NCBI GenBank assembly: GCA_002306315.1
Contig: DBRK01000003.1
Span: 14,587 to 70,482, forward strand
Direction of reading: 5' to 3'
Origin: Patescibacteria group bacterium UBA1370
GTDB taxonomy: Bacteria; Patescibacteriota; Microgenomatia; UBA1400; PJMF01
DNA: 55,896 nucleotides
Part shown: positions 51,510 through 55,896 of the stretch, piece by piece
How the letters are laid out: each line of letters begins with the position of its first letter
Numbering within the stretch: position 1 is the first letter of the stretch
Position numbers and translations under genes: made by a program
Notes under the pieces: model-generated
The model's input: the letters and a program-made list of their open reading frames with translations, nothing else
Database searches by the model: none
What the model was told of the DNA's origin: nothing

Positions 51510-52541
51510 ATGATTGTCAGGGAAGTTACCGACCAAGAGCGTGCGCTTTACAATTCCGTAGTCAACCATCCTCTGCAAAGCTGGGAATGGGGTGAGTTCC
51601 GTAAACAGACCGGCACCCAAGTCAAACGTATAGGTTTTTATCATCAGGGCAAACTAACCAGGGGTTTTCAAGTCACTTTTCATCCAATTCCTCATCTCAA
51701 CAAAAACGCCGGCTATTTACCTAAGGCTTTTATGCCTGACGACGAACAATTGCATGCCCTTAAGGAAGTCGGCAAACAGCACAATGCCCTGTTTATCAAA
51801 CTTGAGCCAAACGTGGCCATGAAGGTCGGATCGCCTTCCGGCCATAAAGAAATCACCGATTTCTTGCTGCAGAACGGCGCAGTCCCAGGCAGACCGCTGT
51901 TTACCCGCTATTCTTTTCATCTTAAGTTAGACAAACCGGAAGAGGAACTTTTCAAAAACTTAGACTCCAAAACCCGTTACAACGTCCGCTTGGCCGTGAA
52001 AAAAGGTGTGGAAGTCTATGAAAACACTTCACAAGAAGGCATGGAGCAATACATAGAAATTTTGCAAGAGACGACCAAACGTCAGGGCTTTTATGCCCAT
52101 ACTCCCGACTATTTCCGCAAAATGTGGGACACTCTCGGCGGCTCCGGGATGCTGCGGATTTTCAATGCGGTCTATGAAGACACCGTCCTGGTTTCCTGGA
52201 TTATGTTTATTTTCAACAACACCCTGTACTATCCCTATGGAGCTTCCCGCGATTTACACCGCAATGTTATGGCCAGTAACCTCATCATGTGGGAGATGAT
52301 TAAGCTGGGCAAAAGGGAAGGCTGCACCAGCTTTGATATGTGGGGTTCGCTGGGACCGGAGCCTAAAAAATCAGATCCTTGGTACGGTTTTCATAAGTTC
52401 AAAAAAGGATATGGAGGCGACCTGGTAGAATTTGTAGGTACATACGATCTAGTCTTAGACCCATCGCTATACAAACTGTTTAGAATAGCAGAGAATGTAA
52501 GATGGAAATGGCTGCGCCTGAGAGCGCGGCTGCCTTTTTAA
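51510..52541 (+). CDS. FemAB-family peptidoglycan interpeptide-bridge aminoacyltransferase (FemX-like)
   Basis: 343 aa with the N-terminus HPLQSWEWGEFRKQTG, YYPYGASRD and GLYGFHKFKKGYGG-like motifs typical of the FemABX family. TATAAT lies at 51493-51498, 11 nt upstream of the ATG. Confidence 0.75.
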   Translation: MIVREVTDQERALYNSVVNHPLQSWEWGEFRKQTGTQVKRIGFYHQGKLTRGFQVTFHPIPHLNKNAGYLPKAFMPDDEQLHALKEVGKQHNALFIKLEPNVAMKVGSPSGHKEITDFLLQNGAVPGRPLFTRYSFHLKLDKPEEELFKNLDSKTRYNVRLAVKKGVEVYENTSQEGMEQYIEILQETTKRQGFYAHTPDYFRKMWDTLGGSGMLRIFNAVYEDTVLVSWIMFIFNNTLYYPYGASRDLHRNVMASNLIMWEMIKLGKREGCTSFDMWGSLGPEPKKSDPWYGFHKFKKGYGGDLVEFVGTYDLVLDPSLYKLFRIAENVRWKWLRLRARLPF

Positions 52542-52591
52542 TTATGGACGACCGGGCAGTGCCCGCAGGCTGCAAGTAACGAAAGGATATT

Positions 52592-53332
52592 ATGGCCAAC
52601 ACACGCTTTAACCGCGTTCTCCTCAAAGTAGGCGGCGAGTCGCTGCTTGGTGACCGGGAATATGGCATTGACCCCCATGCTGCCAATACTGTCGCCCAAC
52701 AAATTAAGGATATCTACACCAAACATGTGGAGATTGCCATCGTCATCGGCGCCGGCAACATCTTCCGCGGTGTAGCTGGTGCCAAGCAAGGCATTGATAG
52801 GGCGACCGCTGATTATATGGGCATGCTGGCAACAGTCATGAACGGCTTAGCACTGCAGGATGCGATAGAAAAAATCGGGGTACCAACTCGCTTGCAGTCC
52901 GCGCTGCAAATGCCGGCTGTGGCTGAAAGCTTTATCCGCCGCCGCGCCATCCGCCATATGGAAAAAGGACGAATTGTGATCTTGGCCGCCGGTACCGGTG
53001 TGCCTTACGTCACCACCGACACCGGCGCGGCTCTGCACGCTTTGGAACTCAATTGCGATGTACTGATGAAAGCCACCAAGGTTGACGGGGTTTTTGATAG
53101 AGACCCGATGCAGCATAATGACGCCAAGCGCTTTAAGACCCTGAATTTTAAAGACGCTATCGAACTCGATGGCGTCGAGGTAATGGATACAGCAGCTTTG
53201 GCAATGGCCAGAGAAAATAACATGCCGATTATGGTTTTTGAACTCTTCAAAGTAGGCAACCTTAGCAAAGCAATCGATGGCGAGGATATCGGCACCTATG
53301 TCAGCAACGATGTGGAAACAACTTTGGCTTAG
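52592..53332 (+). CDS. pyrH: UMP kinase
   Basis: RVLLKVGGESL, VIGAGNIFRG, MLATVMNGLALQDA and TTDTGAALHA motifs. Confidence 0.93.
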   Translation: MANTRFNRVLLKVGGESLLGDREYGIDPHAANTVAQQIKDIYTKHVEIAIVIGAGNIFRGVAGAKQGIDRATADYMGMLATVMNGLALQDAIEKIGVPTRLQSALQMPAVAESFIRRRAIRHMEKGRIVILAAGTGVPYVTTDTGAALHALELNCDVLMKATKVDGVFDRDPMQHNDAKRFKTLNFKDAIELDGVEVMDTAALAMARENNMPIMVFELFKVGNLSKAIDGEDIGTYVSNDVETTLA

Positions 53333-53398
53333 CCGTGTTATGGTAATAGCAACAGGCAAACGGGAAATCTGTATTAGTGTACTGACAGCAAAGGTCCT

Positions 53399-54442
53399 AT
53401 GAATCAAACTTTTGGCATAAACGGTTTTGGTAGGATTGGCCGAACCAGTTTCCGCGTTTGGTGGCAACACTACCGGGATCAATTCGAGCTCAAAGCCATT
53501 AATACCTCGGGTTCTGCCGAAATTGAGGACTGGGCTCACTTGCTGAAATACGACACTAACTATGGACCATTTGCAGGCACCATCACCACCGAGCGGCACC
53601 AATCAAAAGCAGACGTGACTGACACCAACCCCGTTCTCGGAACCATCTCTGTCGATGGCGGTGCTCCGATTGTCGTCATTGCTCAACGAGACCCCAAAAA
53701 AATTCCCTGGGGTCAATACGGAGTCTCCACGGTCCTGGAATCCACTGGTGTGTTCACAACTGCGGAAACTGCTTCCGGACATTTAGAGGGCGGAGCAGTG
53801 CGGGTGATTATTTCCGCGCCTGCCAAAGGTGATGCAGTGACTACCAGCGTCCTAGGAGTGTTAAATGCAGATCCTAACGCCAAAGTGATCTCAAACGCTT
53901 CGTGCACCACAAATTGTGTAGCACCGGTTGCTCAGATCATGGTTGCCAAGTTTGGGGTAGAGAAGGCGATGCTGACCACGGTCCACTCCTACACTGACGA
54001 CCAAAATACTCAAGACAACTCCCACAAAGACATGCGCCGCGCTCGAAGTGCAGCTGAAAATATTGTCCCAACCACCACCGGTGCTGCCAAAACAACTGCT
54101 GAGGTAGTGCCGGAATTGCGGGGACTGTTTGACGGATTATCTATCCGGGTCCCAACAGCAACCGGTTCCATTTCCGACATGACTTTTTTGGTGAAACGGG
54201 ACACCACCATTGAGGAAGTAAATCAAGTTTTCATTGAAGCCTCCCAAGACCCGCGCTGGCAAAATATTCTGGCGGTCACCAACGAACCCCTGGTTTCCTC
54301 AGATATCATTGGCCGTCGTGAGTCATCCATTGTTGATCTGGGGTTAACCAATGTCATCGGCGGTAACCTTGTTAAGGTTGTCAGCTGGTACGACAACGAG
54401 TGGGGCTACTGCAACCGCCTGATTGAACAGGTTGGCCAATAA
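53399..54442 (+). CDS. gap: glyceraldehyde-3-phosphate dehydrogenase
   Basis: GINGFGRIGR, SNASCTTNC (catalytic Cys) and WYDNEWGY. Confidence 0.95.
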   Translation: MNQTFGINGFGRIGRTSFRVWWQHYRDQFELKAINTSGSAEIEDWAHLLKYDTNYGPFAGTITTERHQSKADVTDTNPVLGTISVDGGAPIVVIAQRDPKKIPWGQYGVSTVLESTGVFTTAETASGHLEGGAVRVIISAPAKGDAVTTSVLGVLNADPNAKVISNASCTTNCVAPVAQIMVAKFGVEKAMLTTVHSYTDDQNTQDNSHKDMRRARSAAENIVPTTTGAAKTTAEVVPELRGLFDGLSIRVPTATGSISDMTFLVKRDTTIEEVNQVFIEASQDPRWQNILAVTNEPLVSSDIIGRRESSIVDLGLTNVIGGNLVKVVSWYDNEWGYCNRLIEQVGQ

Positions 54443-54511
54443 TTTTCTAGGCAACCTTTTGTAAGCTCCGGTACTGCAGTTTATGCAATGTTCTCTGTTT
54501 AAACTCTGGCT

Positions 54512-55540
54512 GTGCTGGCTAAAACCTTTACTGCTTCTCTCCAGGGCTTAGTGCCTACCAAAATTGAGGTGGAAGTTGACACCATCCGCGGTCAACCAAA
54601 GCTAATCATCATTGGTTTGCCGACCCAAGCTGTGGCCGAAGCCAAGGAGCGGGTGACTTCGGCCATTCTCAACTGCGGAGTGAGAATCCGCTCGCGGCGG
54701 ACAATAGTAAATCTAGCGCCCGCTGATCTCAAAAAAAGCTCCAGTTGTTTCGAGCTGCCCATTGCTGTGGCACTGCTGAAACACTACCGAGAAATTCCTG
54801 CCACCAACACCAAGACCATGTTTTTCGGAGAATTCTCTCTGAATGGCGATCTCAAGCCTCTGCGCGGAGCCTTAGCTTTGGTAGAGGCAGCTAAGAAATT
54901 AGGATTTCAAGAGGTAGTGGTCCCGGCAGCATCTGTTTCCGAACTCAAAGTGATTACCGGTATCAAGATTTTTCCAATCAGCCGTCTCAATGATTATGTG
55001 GACAGTCTGAAAAATGGCAAAATCCTGCCAGAACTGCTCGCCTCAAAATTCTCGCTCAATCAGCAAAATTTATATTCTGTCGCCGTTACCGACATCGCTG
55101 GCCAGGAACTAGCTAAGCGGGCACTGGTCATCGCAGCTGCCGGCCGACATCATCTGCTCATGGTCGGACCACCTGGTATCGGTAAGAGCATGCTCGCCCA
55201 AGGCATCATCTCTCTGCTGCCTCCGCTTACTCGTGAGGAAGCAGTTGAGACTAGTATCATCCATGCTGCCCATAACGGCAACGGCTTGCTCACCCAACGA
55301 CCTTTCAGGTCGCCGCATCACACTGCTACAGCTCAGGGACTGTTGGGAGGTGGACGGCTGTTGTCTCCAGGAGAAATTTCCCTGGCACACCGGGGTGTGC
55401 TTTTTCTGAACGGTTGCCTACTATTTACAAGTGCTGCAGGCGCTCAGGAATTCATAGGTGATCAGGGCAATCAAAATCAAATTAAGGATTCCGCGGGTAA
55501 GCAACAACCACCGAACTTCCGGTCTTCATGGTTTGGATAG
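54512..55540 (+). pseudogene. comM: YifB/ComM-family Mg-chelatase-like AAA+ ATPase, degenerate and truncated after Walker B position
   Basis: The N-terminal two-thirds are canonical: IIGLPTQAVAEAKERV, NLAPADLKK, Walker A GPPGIGKSMLA, RPFRSPHH and GEISLAHRGVLFL. The expected DELPEF is replaced by NGCLLF. Similarity is only vestigial thereafter, and an in-frame TAG occurs at 55538-55540, roughly 160 aa short of normal length. Confidence 0.55.
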
Positions 55541-55585
55541 TTGCCGCGCAAAAGAAAACCTTGCTTTATAGGACAGTTGCCCTTT

Positions 55586-55896
55586 GTGCGTCCCTTCATC
55601 TCAACAAGGGCGAGAGGTTGTACTGACGAAACGAGAAAGCTTGATCGGGTAGTGGAAAGTCGTTCTAGGGGAAAACATGCAGCTCAGTCTTTGGCTGCGA
55701 TACGAACTTGTCAGTCGGACATGAGGTACAACCTGCTTGGAAGTGACCTGCTAAATAGCCACAAAAATGAGTAAAGAGGTGAGTTCAGGGCTTGGGATAG
55801 GGTCTGGGAGTACTACAGATCGTGTCGGGGGAGAGGGTTCATATTGCAGAGGTCTTATATGTCGCACAATTTAGTTTCTGTGACGTAGTTTTCAGG
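55586..55896 (+). mobile_element. probable 5' end (domain I) of a group II intron, continuing beyond the window
   Basis: It starts with GTGCG followed by a stem (CCCTT...AAGGG). The segment ACGAAACGAGAAAGCTTGATCGGGTAGTGGAAAGTCG resembles, from memory, the Ll.LtrB domain I segment GCGAAAGCTGATACGGGAA...TTGGAAAGCG. No long ORF is present. Confidence 0.45.

Noticed and set aside
55541-55774. 77-aa ORF (TTG start) downstream of the comM stop.
   Set aside because: It is in frame with the decayed comM tail and then runs into the putative group II intron RNA. It has no SD and no family similarity.

Overview
This is a dense, mostly housekeeping bacterial fragment under the standard genetic code, with long ORFs intact. 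It looks like a reduced-genome Candidate Phyla Radiation (Patescibacteria) organism; that is an inference. The support is a stand-alone 16S rRNA gene interrupted by an ~870-nt intervening sequence encoding a LAGLIDADG homing endonuclease, no linked 23S, divergent universal-primer sites, and low-complexity insertions in core proteins.

Content:
- Eight tRNA genes: seven clustered at 2-8.5 kb, plus tRNA-Ile at 43.2 kb.
- A sugar/glycolysis block: phosphohexomutase, PGI/PMI, an atypical PpsA-like protein, eno and gpmI, with tpiA and gap further on.
- A dispersed DNA-repair set: lexA, uvrB, uvrA, uvrC and uvrD.
- Proteostasis genes clpB and lon, each preceded by a CIRCE-geometry inverted repeat.
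- Cell-envelope proteins: BNR protein, glycoside hydrolase, SLT-like, GT-C-like, transglutaminase-like, PEGA/SH3 lipoprotein, FemX-like.
- mnmA, pyrH, folC, and a PduO-type adenosyltransferase.

Most unusual items:
1. A compact 7TM + ATP-grasp(::retropepsin-like) + DUF1704/MATCAP-like + HAD cassette at 31.2-34.9 kb.
2. The 16S intron and compensated changes in the 530 loop.
3. A promoter-plus-terminator orphan small RNA candidate at ~8.28 kb.
4. A PEP-synthase-like protein lacking the phosphohistidine domain.
5. Facing Pro/Ala-rich tails on enolase and iPGM.
6. A comM gene that degenerates just before what looks like the 5' end of a group II intron at the right edge.

I saw no CRISPR array, prophage or transposase. 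All calls come from manual reading, and RNA ends are accurate to within a few nt.
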